From: Malacoraja senta
Lineage: Eukaryota
Assembly (NCBI GenBank): GCA_038087875.1
Contig: JAXLNO010000289.1
Span: 1-64,000 of the forward strand
Length of the DNA: 64,000 nucleotides
Direction of reading: 5' to 3'
Shown here: piece by piece, positions 42,328 to 53,913 of the stretch
Layout: each line of letters opens with the position of its first letter
How positions within the stretch are numbered: the first letter of the stretch is position 1
The notes under the pieces: model-generated
The model's input: the letters and a program-made list of their open reading frames with translations, nothing else
Told to the model about the DNA's origin: nothing
The model's database searches: none
Translations under genes and position numbers: made by a program

Positions 42328-44511
42328 TGAAAACGTTACTTTTATAACAACTAAACAGGTTCGCTTCTTAATAAACAGACACCACACAAACTGTTTGGTA
42401 GACCAGTTCAAAACTTTACTTAACCTCCCATTACCAGGTCCTGATACCATTTCTTTATTTATTTATTTTTTAAATTACTATTGCACCTCATGGTTGTAAT
42501 AGGTCCAAAAACGTAGACCACGTCTTTTGGAATTGGTCTGCTTTCCCTGCTAAGAGGAATCTCATCTCTTCCAGATGTAATGTTTCCAACATATTTGATG
42601 TCCACATTTTTATTGTTGGTGTGGGCGCATTTTTCCAGAATTTAAGTATGAGCCTTTTTCCCATTATTAGCCCGTAATTGAATAAGTTCTTCTGATACAC
42701 GTTTAATTCAGGGATACCTTCCGATATTCCAAAAATGATCCATTCTGGTTTTGGTACCAGTTTTATTTTAATTAATTTTGAGAAAATATCAAATATTTCA
42801 TACCAGAATTTTTGGATTTTTGTACAAAAAACAAAAGAATGCGCTATGGTAGCTTCTTGACATAGACATTTATCACAGATTGGTGAAACATTAGGAAAGA
42901 TTTTATTTAATTTAGTTTTTGAATAATATAGTCTATGGAATGTTTTGAATTGGATGAGCGTATGTCGTACGTTGATCGAACATTTATGCACCTGTAGTAA
43001 GTGGTTATCCCAGCACTCTTTTGAAATTTTTATAGCTAATTCTTGTTCCCAGTCTCTTCTAATTCCTTCTCTTGTGGGTATTTCTATGTTTAAAATGATA
43101 TTATATAAGTACGATATTAGATTAGCTGATTCCGCCTTTGTCTTCATTGCTTCATCTAGTAAGTCGCAAGGCATATTATGATAGTCTTTTGTGTATTTTT
43201 TCAGGTAATCACGAATTTGTAGATATTTAAAATATTGATTATTTTTCAGATTATATTTCAGTTGTAGTTGTTGAAATGATAGTAATTTTCCCAATTCATA
43301 CAGATCTTCGAGCGTTTTGATTCCCATTCTTTCCCATTGTATAAATGATTTGTCTATGGTTGAAGGTTTAAACGATGGGTTATTAACTATTGGTATTGAG
43401 AGAGATAGGTTTCTTAATTTTAGATTCTGTTTTATTTGTTTCCATGTTCTAATTGTGCTATTTATAATTGGGTTTTTATTATAATTTTTATTATTCAAAT
43501 TGATTGGAGAGAGAATAATCGCTCCTATATTACTCGGGTAATGGGAGGTAAAACAATAAAAACAGACTTGGTTGGTGGTTCCCTTTCTGCGATTGTTCCT
43601 ACTTTCTTTTTCTTTCTTTTCTAGGATCTACTTTCTTACTTTACTTCCTTCTCTAACTTCTTTTCTAAGGGGCTTTCTTTTCACAACACTCTCTTGCACC
43701 TCACGACTCTTGCCCACTTTCTTTACTTTTCTTACTTCTATCTTTCTCTTAAAGCTCAAAAAAATGAAGCGGTATAAAAAATGTATTAAGATATAAGTGT
43801 TGTGTATTACTGTAATTTACCGTACTTCTAATAAAAATAATTTAAATTAAAAAAAAAAAAAAAAACTTTACTTAACATCGGCCGATGGAAGGGAGCGAGA
43901 ATTCCAGCTAAGTGACCAATGTAGACACTCGACTGTCCTCGGTCCCCTTCTCTGAACAACAGAATTACATTGTCTTATATAGTGTTTTTTTGTCACCTTA
44001 GCACATTCCACAAACATTAGTCATGGTCAGAGGTACAGGAAAAGGTTTCCACAGAATGCATCACATCAAAGGCCTTTTGTTTACATGGTACAACATATAC
44101 TAAAAACATTGGCCATTTGTTTTAGGTCATTTTATCTTAAAAGAGATCACCCTAGCTCTTTCGCTGCTTCCTCTCTCTCAATTGGTTCCTCATAAACATA
44201 GGCCATTTGGTTCATGGCATCTTACTTCAAAGATGTGACTAGCTGTTTCGCTCTTCCTTTATCGCCTCCTCGCCCATAAACATTGGCCATTTGTTTTATG
44301 GCATCTTACTTCAAAGATGTGACTAGCTGTTTCTTTCTTTGTCACTTCCTCACTTGGGAGACAATGTTATGGTATTTATTATCTCAATACCCCAAAACCT
44401 GAGGCAACTTAACTTGCCTTTCTGTATTATTCTACTGGAGAAAAGCCTGATTTGAGACTAAATATAAGCTGTAAGCTTTTCTTATATTTTTAACATAATT
44501 CAGCTTTATCA
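42328..44511 (-). repeat. 3' LTR of the ERV (split by an L1 at 42425-43861)
   Basis: TGATAAAG..TTTTCA termini on the minus strand; preceded by the PPT at 44512-44523; 84-bp tandem units with CCAAT; TATA-like box near 43975. Confidence 0.88.
42425..43861. mobile_element. L1 insertion with 5' inversion (twin priming) and a 15-bp TSD
   Basis: TSD AAAACTTTACTTAAC at 42410-42424 and 43862-43876; antisense ORF2 C-terminus 42488..43498 (CDKC..H..C); sense 3'UTR plus poly(A) from 43537. Confidence 0.9.
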
Positions 44512-45109
44512 TTCCATCCTTTTATCAAAATCTTGATAATAACTACAGTCCTTGCCGATTACATACGAAAGACCATACGCATCTCATCAGGCAAATTATC
44601 TCACTGTCTGTAGTCTGGGTATCTTTGCTGCACTTGTCATGTTTGACTCCAATCTTGTTTAAAAGGATGTATGTACCATCCTTTAAATGTGGTTTAGTCC
44701 GCAAGTTTGCCATTCTGAAGAAAGTCCAGTCCATGTGGGCCACCCCAGAATAAAAGGAGGGTCAATAGCTCTACAAACCGTTCACAGTCAATCAAATGTA
44801 TCCAACGACGTTGATCTTCAATCTTCACAGCAGTTTATGTTGTTGATAGCACTTGGTTGTTCCTTTCAACACAATCTCAATTTCTTCTTGTCCCAGCACA
44901 TAGTCATTTTGTAGCCTTTATGGACTCGTCCCTGTGCTCACTGGTTTTCAGCCCAGCTCCTCTAACCTGGGAATGCAGATCTGGCAAGACCTGGGTTAAT
45001 TGCTGTCCATACATAATTAGTTAATTGCCCAGGGCCTGTAGATGGCTTCCCCCCACTCTCCAGGAGGTGGGCACAGCAGCCTTTCCTGAATCAATAAAAA
45101 AGTTGTAAA

Positions 45110-45280
45110 TCCTGTTTCTCTAGCTGCAGTTGAATAACCCCAATCTACTCTGAAGAAGGGCTTCGGCCCGAAATGATGCCTATTTCCTTCGCTCCATAGA
45201 CGCTGCCTCATCCCCTGAGTTTCTCCAGCACTTTTGTCTACCTTTGATTTTCCAGCATCTGCAGTTCCTTCTTAAACACT
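45110..45280 (+). mobile_element. Penelope pseudo-LTR fragment inserted in the ERV
   Basis: CTGAAGAAGGGCTTCGGCCCGAAA (45150-45173) followed by GCTCCATAGA..CTGAGTTTCTCCAGCA..GCATCTGCAGTTCCT, as at 18969-19080. Confidence 0.75.
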
Positions 45281-46111
45281 TCTCTGTGAACTTATTCTTT
45301 AATCCGATTATATCTGAAGAGGCTCTCCCCACCTAAATATTAAATTCTCCAAATATGTTCTCTTCCCCAATCTACTTATCTTCTCACCTTTTATCCCTCA
45401 TTGTGAGTTCCCTCAACCCCCATTTTGTAAGCCATAAGACAATTTACATGTACATTCATTTCCCTTACACAGCACATGCTTCAACACCTTTGTTCGTCTG
45501 CAGACCGTAATCTTGCTTCATTTGCATTTTAAAGGACAACCTCTGTTATCACATCAAAACAATCTTTCCCAAAAGAACTCACTCAGAATCAGTAATCAAT
45601 AATACATTTTCTTTTTCTCTGTAATTTTGACATTTCCAATCTCATTTAACACTTTAATTGGGATGAGTCTCTTTTTGAACTCGGCTCAAAAGATTTATAA
45701 CAACCAACACATTTTATCATTTGAGTATAGCTCCACCCCCCATTCATGGCAGTGTCTTAAAGGAACACACCATAACCTGCCTGTTCATTTGCATTTTAAA
45801 GGACAAACTGTTCTTAAAGGGACTCGCACCTTTGCTCATTGCTTCAAATTTCACACATTCCACATACAAAATACATTGTTTTACAAGCAGTATATAATAT
45901 TTCATCGTCAAAGACGTCTCTTTGTAATTTACTTTCCCTTTTTCTGACAAGACTTCTGTTTACCAGAATCCTGGTTACCTAACCCTAATTGGACTTTGAT
46001 CCAGATCATGATTAGTCAGACTCCCCGTGACTTTTCAGTCTCCCTATCCTATCCTCATTTCTCCACCGAATTTGTCTTCATCCCCAATTTTTTTTATAAC
46101 ATAGTTGCTTG

Positions 46112-46726
46112 TCAGAAAAAGGATTCCCCCGGGGTAATTTTGTTTTGCAATGCCCCATAGGCTCTTTCCACCATCCCAGATGCCTGTGGGTGATGTACAC
46201 AGTGAAATTGCTGTCGGATATAAAAATGTGTACATATTTCCTTATTAATAGTGGCAATAAAATGGGGACCATTGTCCGAGCTTATGACAGTAGGTAGGCC
46301 AAACCTGGGAATAACTTCCCTTAACACCAATGTTACTGTAGTCTCAGCAGTATTATTAGTGGTTGGTAGAGCTTCAATCCACCTGCTAAATAAATCTAAA
46401 ATAACTAAGCAATATTTATAACACTGGGCCCTTGGCATTTCAATAAAATCAATCTGTATGCATTCAAACGGTCGTGATGGCATTGGTGTCACCCCTGAGG
46501 GTATCTTAATTGGTTGGCCTGGATTACTTCGTTGGCAAATTTTACATTCAGAGGCCTGCTTCAGTGCCTCTTGCCGGATTTTCAGGTGCCACCACGTTTC
46601 CTTTGTCATCCTTATCATTCCCTCCTTACCAGCATGGGTAAGTGAGTGAATATATGTTAGTAAAACAGGTAAAATTGCATCAGATACACCAACTTGTCCA
46701 AGCGGGGTGAGCCGAATCAATGGCAC
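46112..46726 (-). pseudogene. pol: ERV integrase (zinc-binding and DDE core), truncated
   Basis: HSLTHAG..CKIC; IQIDFIEM; SSDNGPHF; ASGMVERA. Confidence 0.88.
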
Positions 46727-47660
46727 AGCCCTCTTGTTTCCATAGTTGTTTTGGGTTATCAGAGGCGTCCCTCTGTAATGTACATACCTCCCTCATGTTT
46801 GGCAGGACCGTTCTATTTGCTAGTATCTGTTTACCAGATGTCACCAAGCATTTGTATGCATAGGCTGCTTGCTTGGATACCCTATCGGCAAATGCATTGC
46901 CTTTTGTTATAGGGTCCCCAGCACCAGTGTGTGTAGCACATTTAATAATGGTCAGCTGTTCTGGTATCATCAATGCCTTAAGCAAATAACGCACAGAAAG
47001 GCATTCCCGTGCTCCCAATCCTGGGGAGCTTTGTAAGGTCAGAACTTTAAGGTATAGGGATATTACTGACGGAGCTGCCACAGGTAAGGATGCCATTGCT
47101 ACTGGTAGGACGTAGGGAGGTGGACATCTCCCAGGATTATCTAACTCCTCATCTTCACTACCAAACAGGGTCGTCGTGCCAGACATGAAGTCTCCTCCAG
47201 AGGATTTACCAGTACTGGGTTTATTTTTACTAACCATCACCTGTTTCTCACCTCCTGCCTGTCTCTTAATTATTTTCTCTTGTTCCTCCGCCCACTGGCA
47301 TTCTAGTTGCAATACTTTCCATCCTTTCATAGTGCCATCCTTATTTCGTAACTCTATACCTTGTTTACATGCAGTATCCATCCAACTTCGATCTCTACTC
47401 TCATGCTTCTTTTCTGCTTCTGCTTTCCACGTTTTAATTCCCTTCTTCCATTTCTTTCCTGCCTTCCTTTCCCATATCAACATCTCTGCTTTTTTAATTG
47501 TCTCGACATTCCATGTGCCCCCTACTGGCCAGGCTTCATCCCCCAACCGTTTGGTCAACTTGTAACTTAACATTCTAAATTTCTTATTATACTTAGGATT
47601 CAAATTACACATATGTTGGACGGGGGTTCCCCCCTCACTGTTATCCAGAGCATTCCCCAT
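46680..47660 (-). pseudogene. gag: ERV Gag matrix/late-domain region fused in frame to an RNase H C-terminus
   Basis: MGNALD (myristoylation-type start), WPVGGTW, PPPY, then LLKALMIPEQLTIIKCATH..KGNAFADRVSKQAA. Confidence 0.8.
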
Positions 47661-48631
47661 AGATAGATAGAGAGAGAGAGAAAGAGAAAGCAGACTTCTT
47701 AATTCCGAATCGTTCCAAATATATCAACCAGGCCGACTCGCTACTCGAGACCCCAGTTTCTCAATTTGGCTGATTTTTTATTTTTCTTTACCTCTTTGAT
47801 ATACGACCCAAGTGTCTCAACGAAGCAGACCCGCTAGCTGAGACCCCCGTTTCTCAACCTGGCAGACTTCTTAATTCCGAATCGTTCCAAATATATCAAC
47901 CAGGCCGACTCGCTACTCGAGACCCCAATTTCTCAATTTGGCTGACTTTTTTTTTTTTTTTACCTCTTTGATATACGACCCAAGTGTCTCAACGAGGCCG
48001 ACTCGCTAACCGAGACCCCCGTTTCTCAACCTGGCAGACCTAAAATAAGCCCCATGTGTCTCAACGAAGCAGACCCGCTAACCGAGACCCCCGTTTCTCA
48101 ACCTGGCAGACTTCTTACTCTTTAATATACAACGCCACTTATTTCTCAATCCGACAACTCTTCGGATGTCTCAATAAGCCAGACGCACACCTCAACCCCC
48201 GTATCTCAACCCGACAAATCACGGATATCTCAACGAGGCCGATGAGCCCTTAGTAGAGAGAGAGAGAGAAGAAAAAAAGAAAACAAAGAGAGATAGACAG
48301 AGAGAGAGAGAGAGAAAGAGAAACCACTCACGTCCTTAACAATATACACAAGCCCTTCTTAAAAATACATGCACAATTCTGTCTTAAAAATACATACACA
48401 ATCCCTTCTTAAAAAAAAACCTTTAAAGCCCAACTGGTCTTACCTTGGTCTGTTTCTAAGAACCTCGGCAGGGAACCTGGATCAACCTCTGATGAAGGAT
48501 CACAGACGTTCCCGGGAGTTTCTAAGGAGTCGGTCATACAAGGGGCCGATAGAGCTCAGTTATCTCCCTTCCAATCCCGGCAACCTCTGCAACCTCTTGC
48601 ACAGTCAGCCGTTGATGTGGTCCCAGCGAGG

Positions 48632-48648
48632 CCTGCATAACTACGCCA
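48632..48648 (-). promoter_or_regulatory. Primer-binding site, tRNA-Ser-like (imperfect)
   Basis: TGGCGTAGTTATGCAGG directly follows the LTR; compare TGGCGTAGTCGGCAGG expected for vertebrate tRNA-Ser (recalled sequence). Confidence 0.7.
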
Positions 48649-48649
48649 A

Positions 48650-49394
48650 TGAAAAAGTTACTTTTATAACAACTAAACAGGTTCGCTTCTTAATAAACAG
48701 ATACCACACAAACTGTTTGGTAGACCAGTTCAAAACTTTACTTAACATCGGCCGATGGAAGGGAGCGAGAATTCCAGCAAAGTGACCGATGTAGACACTC
48801 GACTGTCCTCGGTCCCCCTTCTCTGAACAACAGAATTACATCGTATTATATAGTGTTTTTTTTGTCACCTTAGCACATTCCACAAACATTAGTCATGGTC
48901 AGAGGTACAGGAAAAGGTTTCCACAGAATGCATCACATCAAAGGCCTTTTGTTTACATGGTACAAGATATACTGAAAACATTGGCCATTTGTTTTAGGTC
49001 ATTTTATCTTAAAAGAGATCACCCTAGCTCTTTCGCTGCTTCCTCTCTGTCACTTGGTCCCTCATAAACATAGGCCATTTGGTTCATGGCATCTTACTTC
49101 AAAGATGTGACTAGCTGTTTCTCTCTTCCTTTATTGCCTCCTCCCCCATAAACATTGGCCATTTGTCTTATGGCATCTTACTTCAAAGATGTGACTAGCT
49201 GTTTCTCTCTTCCTATATTGCCTCCTCCCCCATAAACATTGGCCATTTGTCTTATGGCATCTTCCTTCAAAGATGTGACTAGCTGTTTCTTTCTCTGTCA
49301 CTTCCTCACTTGGGAGACAATGTTATGGTATTTATTATCCCACACACTGCAACATGAGGCAAGCCTAATTTGACACTAAATATAAGCTGTAAGC
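48650..49394 (-). repeat. 5' LTR of the ERV (outer ~35-40 bp missing)
   Basis: Matches 42328-42424 plus 43877-44476; has one extra 84-bp unit; similarity ends at AAGCTGTAAGCT. Confidence 0.88.
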
Positions 49395-50395
49395 TAGCCC
49401 AGAACCCTATTTTAATTTGTCCTTATTTTTGTAACTTTATTCGGCTTCATCAGCAGCTTCTCCAGAGATGCTGCCTGACCCGTTGAGTTACTCCAGCACT
49501 TTGGGTTTTTTTTTCCTGTTGAATGACCCTCTGCTGACTCACGGTTGACTATCAACAGGAAATATATTTCTGCCCCCGATCCTCGCAATTGCTCCCGGTC
49601 CCAAATCTGGAATTTTCCATCCCACCCCCGTTCCCCCAAGTCCCCAATCCCTGGACTCCCCCATCACAAGTGTGCAATCCCCTCTGCTCCATATCCCAGG
49701 GATTAGGCAAGGACATGTTGGTCGCATGGGCGAGTTGGGCTGAGGGGCGAATTTCCATGCTGTATGACTTGAGCGGTGCAGAGAGGTAAAGGTCACTGGA
49801 AGAAAAACTAACGGATGTTATTACCAGCATTCGCAAGGATAAGATCTGGACGGGATGAGATAGTGGATGGGACGTGGAGATTCCAGTGGCGCAGTGGTAG
49901 AGTTGCTGCCTTAAAACGCTTGCAGCGACAGTGACCCGGTTTCGATCCCGACTACGGGTGCTGTGTGTACAGAGTTTGTACATTCTCTCCGTGAGCTTTC
50001 TCTGAGATCTTCGGTTTCCTCCCACACTCCAAAGACGTGCAGGTTTGCAGGTTAATTGGCTTCTGTAAATTTGTAAATTGTCCTAGCATGTAGGATAGTG
50101 CTAGTATACGGGGTGATCGCTGGTTGGGGTAGACTCGGTTGGCTGAAGGGCCTGTTTCCGTGCTGTATCTCTGAAATCTAAAGTAAATTTTAAAGACAGC
50201 ATCCGAGCAAAGGATCAATCCCGGGTCTCTGGCTGTGAGGCAGTGACTCGACAGTTGCGCCACCGTGCCATTCTTGAACTCTATATATGAGCTGTTCTGA
50301 TCCGTTCTACCTTGGCTGATCTGCATCTTCTGCATGTGGTCTATTCTCAGTGCCCACTCTCCAGTCTGCCAACTCCATCTGATGCACGTGTAGCC

Positions 50396-50652
50396 ATGTC
50401 CCAGGTGACGGGTTTCCGAGTGGGCGCTAAGTTCTCGAGCTACAGCGAGCTGCACAGGGAGTTCCGGCGCTACCAGAGGGACAACTCCGTGCAGATGTGG
50501 ACCAGGCACTCGCGGACCATCGAGGCGCAGCGGCGACGGGCACCCAAGCGCCGGATGAACGATGCGCTGAAGTTTGCCGAGATCGACTACCCGTGCATTC
50601 ACGGTGGCAAGTTATTCAAGACCAAAGTATTCGACAAACGGCCAATCCAGAG
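50396..50652 (+). CDS. First coding exon of a ZSWIM3-like / Mutator(MULE)-transposase-type N-terminal DNA-binding domain protein
   Basis: Acceptor TTCTCAG|50351, GCCATG start, open frame MSQVTGFRVGAKFSSYSEL..VQMWTRHSRTIEAQRRRAPKR..LKFAEIDYPCIHGG..RPIQR, donor AG|GTGAGG at 50653; high GC3 with retained CpG. Confidence 0.7.
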
Positions 50653-52133
50653 GTGAGGAAATACTTGCAGGGGCGGCACAGGAGCGTAGCTGGTAGGGCC
50701 GCTGCCTCACAACGCCAGGGATCCCGGTTCGATCCTGACCTCGGGTGCTCTCCGTGTGTGGAATTTACACGTCCTCTCTGTGACCAGCTGTGTTTCTTCT
50801 GTGTGCTTCAGTTTCCTCCAATATCCAAGACACGTGCGTGTTTCTTGGTTAATTGGCCCTCTGTATATTGTCCCGAATGTGTAGGGAGTGGATGACAAAG
50901 TGGGATAGCATGGAGCATGGAATACCTCGCCTCTATTTCCTACGCTCTTATTTAAAGATGTTTTATCCTTTTAAATGTAATTATCTAAGTTGAGCTGGGT
51001 AGTTAGTTTTGTTTAGAATTACAGCATGGAATCAGGCCTCTCGGCCCACTGAGTCCACACCGACCATCAATCATCCATCCACACTAGTTCTATGTTATCC
51101 CACATTCTCATCCACTCTCTACACACTAGGGGCAATTTACAAAAGCAAATTAACCCACAAACTTGTACGAGTTTAGAACGTAGACGGAAACCACTTGGAA
51201 AAAACCCACGTGGTCACAGGGAGGACGTACAATCTCCACATAGACAGCATCCGTAGTCAGAATCGAACCTGATTCTCCGTTGCTGTGAGGCAGCAGCTCT
51301 AGTGCTGCCTCTGTCTGTCTTTCTCTTTCTCTTTTTTTTCTCTGTCCCTCTGTTCATTTTTTTTTCTCTTTTGCACTCTGTTCATCTTTGTCTGTGTGTG
51401 TGTGTCTCTCTCCCCCACTCTCCCTCCCCTCTCTCCCCTTCCCCTTCTCTCTCCCACTCTCTTTCCCCCCTCTCTCTCTCTCCCCCTTCCCTCTCTCCCC
51501 CCTCCCTCTCTCCCCATCTCTCTCCCCCTCTCTCTCATCCCCCTCTCTCTCTCATCCCTCCCCCCCCTTTCTCTCCTCCCCCTCTCTCTCACTCCCCTCT
51601 CTCTCTCTCTCCCCTTCCCCATCTCTCTCCCCCTCTCTCTCTCCCCCCTCTCTCTCTCTCTCTCTCCCCTCTCTTTTTTACCCTCTCTCACCCCCCTCCC
51701 TCTCTCTCTTCCTTTCTCTCTACCCCTGTCTCTCTCCCCTCTCTCTCTCTCCCCCCCCTCTCTCTCTCCCCTCTCTCTCACCCTCTCTCTCTCCCTACAC
51801 CTACATGTGCCCATGCCTACCCACACATACCCGACTCACTGGGATTGTATAGAGTGGTAGAGTCATCCAAATGTCTTTTAGTCAGGATCGAACTCAGGTT
51901 TCCGGCGCTGCAAGTGCTGTAAGGCAGCAACTCTACCGCTGCGCCACCGTGCTGCCCAGAATATGTCCACGTAATTATTTATAAAGAGCTTACATGAACT
52001 CCGTCTCTCTTCCCGTGAGAGAATGTTATCTGATGCACCAACACATATCGGTGGGACTTAAAGCTGAAAGCTGCAATAAAAGGGATTTTGTGCAGATTTG
52101 GTTCAAGATAACATAATACATAGCAACAAAGAT

Positions 52134-52330
52134 GGACACAACAAGCTGGAGTAACTCAGCGGGTCAAGCATCATGTCTGGAGAAAAGGAATAGGTGATGT
52201 TTCGGATCCTTCCCGGCTGGTGTGAAGGTCTTGACCCAAAATGTCAGTTTTCTTTTCTCCAGTGATGTTATCTAACCCGTTGAGTTACTCCAGTTTTTTG
52301 TGTCTATCTTTGGTGTAAACTAGAATCTGT
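52134..52330. mobile_element. Palindromic Penelope-pLTR-derived short element
   Basis: Left arm GACACA..CTGGAGTAACTCAGCGGG..CTGGAGAAAAG is inverted in the right arm CTTTTCTCCAG..CCCGTTGAGTTACTCCAG..TGTGTC. Confidence 0.7.
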
Positions 52331-53049
52331 AGTTTAGTTTAGACGTACAGCGTGGAAACAGGCCCATGGCGTCCAAGCCGACCAGCGATCCCTGCACATT
52401 TACGCTATCCTACATACATTAGGTACGACTTTCAATTCTACCAAGTCAATTAGCCGATAAACCTGCACATCTTTAGAGTGTGAGAGGAAACCGCAGCTCC
52501 TGAAGAAAACCCAGGGGGAGAACGTACAAACTCCGTACAGACAGCACCTGTAGTCAGGATGAAACCCGGTCTCTGGCGCTGTAACGCAGCAACTCTACCG
52601 CTGCGCCACCATGCTGCCCCTACACATAGAACATAACAAGATGGGTGCTTGACGGTCATTGTCGACAATGTAGGTGGAAGAGCCGATGTGTTTCTATGGG
52701 ATAATATCACATTCCCCATTGGGATATCAATCCAGCCTCTGAACTCTGACAAATTTGGCCTTGTTTAACAGAGTCAGACTGAAACACTCAATGTCACTAG
52801 TCATTTCCCTAACAGCAACAAGGATTATTTGCGTAGTTCTTCTAACGCACTTAAAATATCTCCAACGTTCAGGGACATTATCAAAGTAATTGATGTGAAC
52901 TGCCTAAGCAGGGATTCTGGAGATGATCTATAACTTGGGTGGAGATGGTGGGTTACAAGGAATGTCTTATAATGGGGTTTAAAAGATCTAAAAGAAGTAT
53001 ATCTGTTCATGAGAGGCATAGAATGGAGACCCTCGCACTATCTTGCTGC

Positions 53050-53740
53050 ACCTGCAAGTCGGCATGCAGGTGCAGCAGGCAGTGAAGAAAGCGAATGGTA
53101 TGTTAGCATTCAAAGCGAAAGGATTTGAGTATAGGAGCAGGGATGTTCTACTGCAGTTGTACAGGGTCTTGGTGAGACCACACCTGGAGTATTGCGTACA
53201 GTTTTGGTCTCCTAATCTGAGGAAGGACATTCTTGCCATAGAGGGAGTACAGAGAAGGTTCACCAAACTGATTCCTGGGATGTCAGGACTTTCATATGAA
53301 GAAAGACTGGATAGACTCGGCTTGTACTCGCTAGAATTTAAAAGATTGAGGGGGGATCTTATAGAAACTTACAAAATTCTTAAGGGGTTGGACAGGCTAG
53401 ATGCATGAAGATTGTTCCCGATATTGGGGAAGTCCAGAACAAGGGGTCACAGTTTAAGGATAAAGGGGAAATCTTTTAGGACCGAGATGAGAAAAACATT
53501 TTTTACACAGAGTGGTGAATCTCTGGAATTCTCTGCCACAGAATGTAGTTGAGGCTAGTTCATTGGCTATATTTAAGTGGGAGTTAGATGTGGCCCTTGT
53601 GGCTAAAGGGATCAGGGGGTATGGAGAGAAAGCAAGTACAGGATACTGAGTTGGATGATCAGCCATGATCATATTGAATGGCGGTGCAGTCTCGAAGGGC
53701 CGAATGGCCTACTCCTGCACCTATTTGCTTTGTTTCTACC
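53050..53740 (+). mobile_element. CR1 3' fragment
   Basis: ORF 53043..53408 (LVRPHLEYCVQFWSP..RLRGDLIETYKI) followed by the CR1 3'UTR. Confidence 0.88.
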
Positions 53741-53875
53741 TTTAATTGGACATTACTGGACTTTATCTGCGCTAAACATTATTCCCTTAATCCTGTATCT
53801 GTACACTGTGGACGGCTGAGACACAGAAATCCGGAGGAACTCAGCAGGTCAAACAGCATCTCTGGAGAAAAGGAA

Positions 53876-53913
53876 TAGGTGACGTTTCGGGTCAAGACCC
53901 TTCTTCAGACCTA
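53876..53913 (-). ncRNA. Minimal type I hammerhead ribozyme motif (Penelope-type)
   Basis: Minus strand UAGGU-CUGAAGA-A-GGGU(CUUG)ACCC-GAAA-C-GUC-ACCUA: complete core, 5-bp stem I, 4-bp stem II, palindromic ACGU stem III and a GUC cleavage triplet. Confidence 0.72.

Larger units (their letters stand above)
42328..49394 (-). mobile_element. Endogenous retrovirus (epsilon/gamma-like), internally deleted and env-less, with two LTRs
   Basis: Paired LTRs (42328-44511 and 48650-49394), PBS, splice donor CAAG|GTAAG near 48443, Gag with MG N-terminus and PPPY, RNase H tail, integrase core, integrase C-terminal remnant TAVKIEDQRRWIHLIDC near 44780-44840, PPT AAAAGGATGGAA. Confidence 0.88.
49880..52620. 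mobile_element. Cluster of about 6 tRNA-derived HE1/V-SINE-like copies in both orientations, with a (CT)-rich tract at 51305-51800
   Basis: A/B boxes (GTGGCGCAGTGGTAGAG..GTTTCGATCC) near 49885(+), 50270(-), 50671(+), 51300(-), 51955(-) and 52620(-). Confidence 0.75.

Noticed and set aside
44520..44770. env of the first ERV
   Set aside because: Only about 250 bp lie between the integrase end and the PPT, with no furin site, TM or ISD-like motif.
49880..52620. tRNA genes
   Set aside because: The A/B boxes run into SINE bodies and there is no complete cloverleaf.
52770..53050. Next exon of the ZSWIM3-like gene after TTTAACAG
   Set aside because: All frames contain stops and none has the expected CP..HNH continuation.
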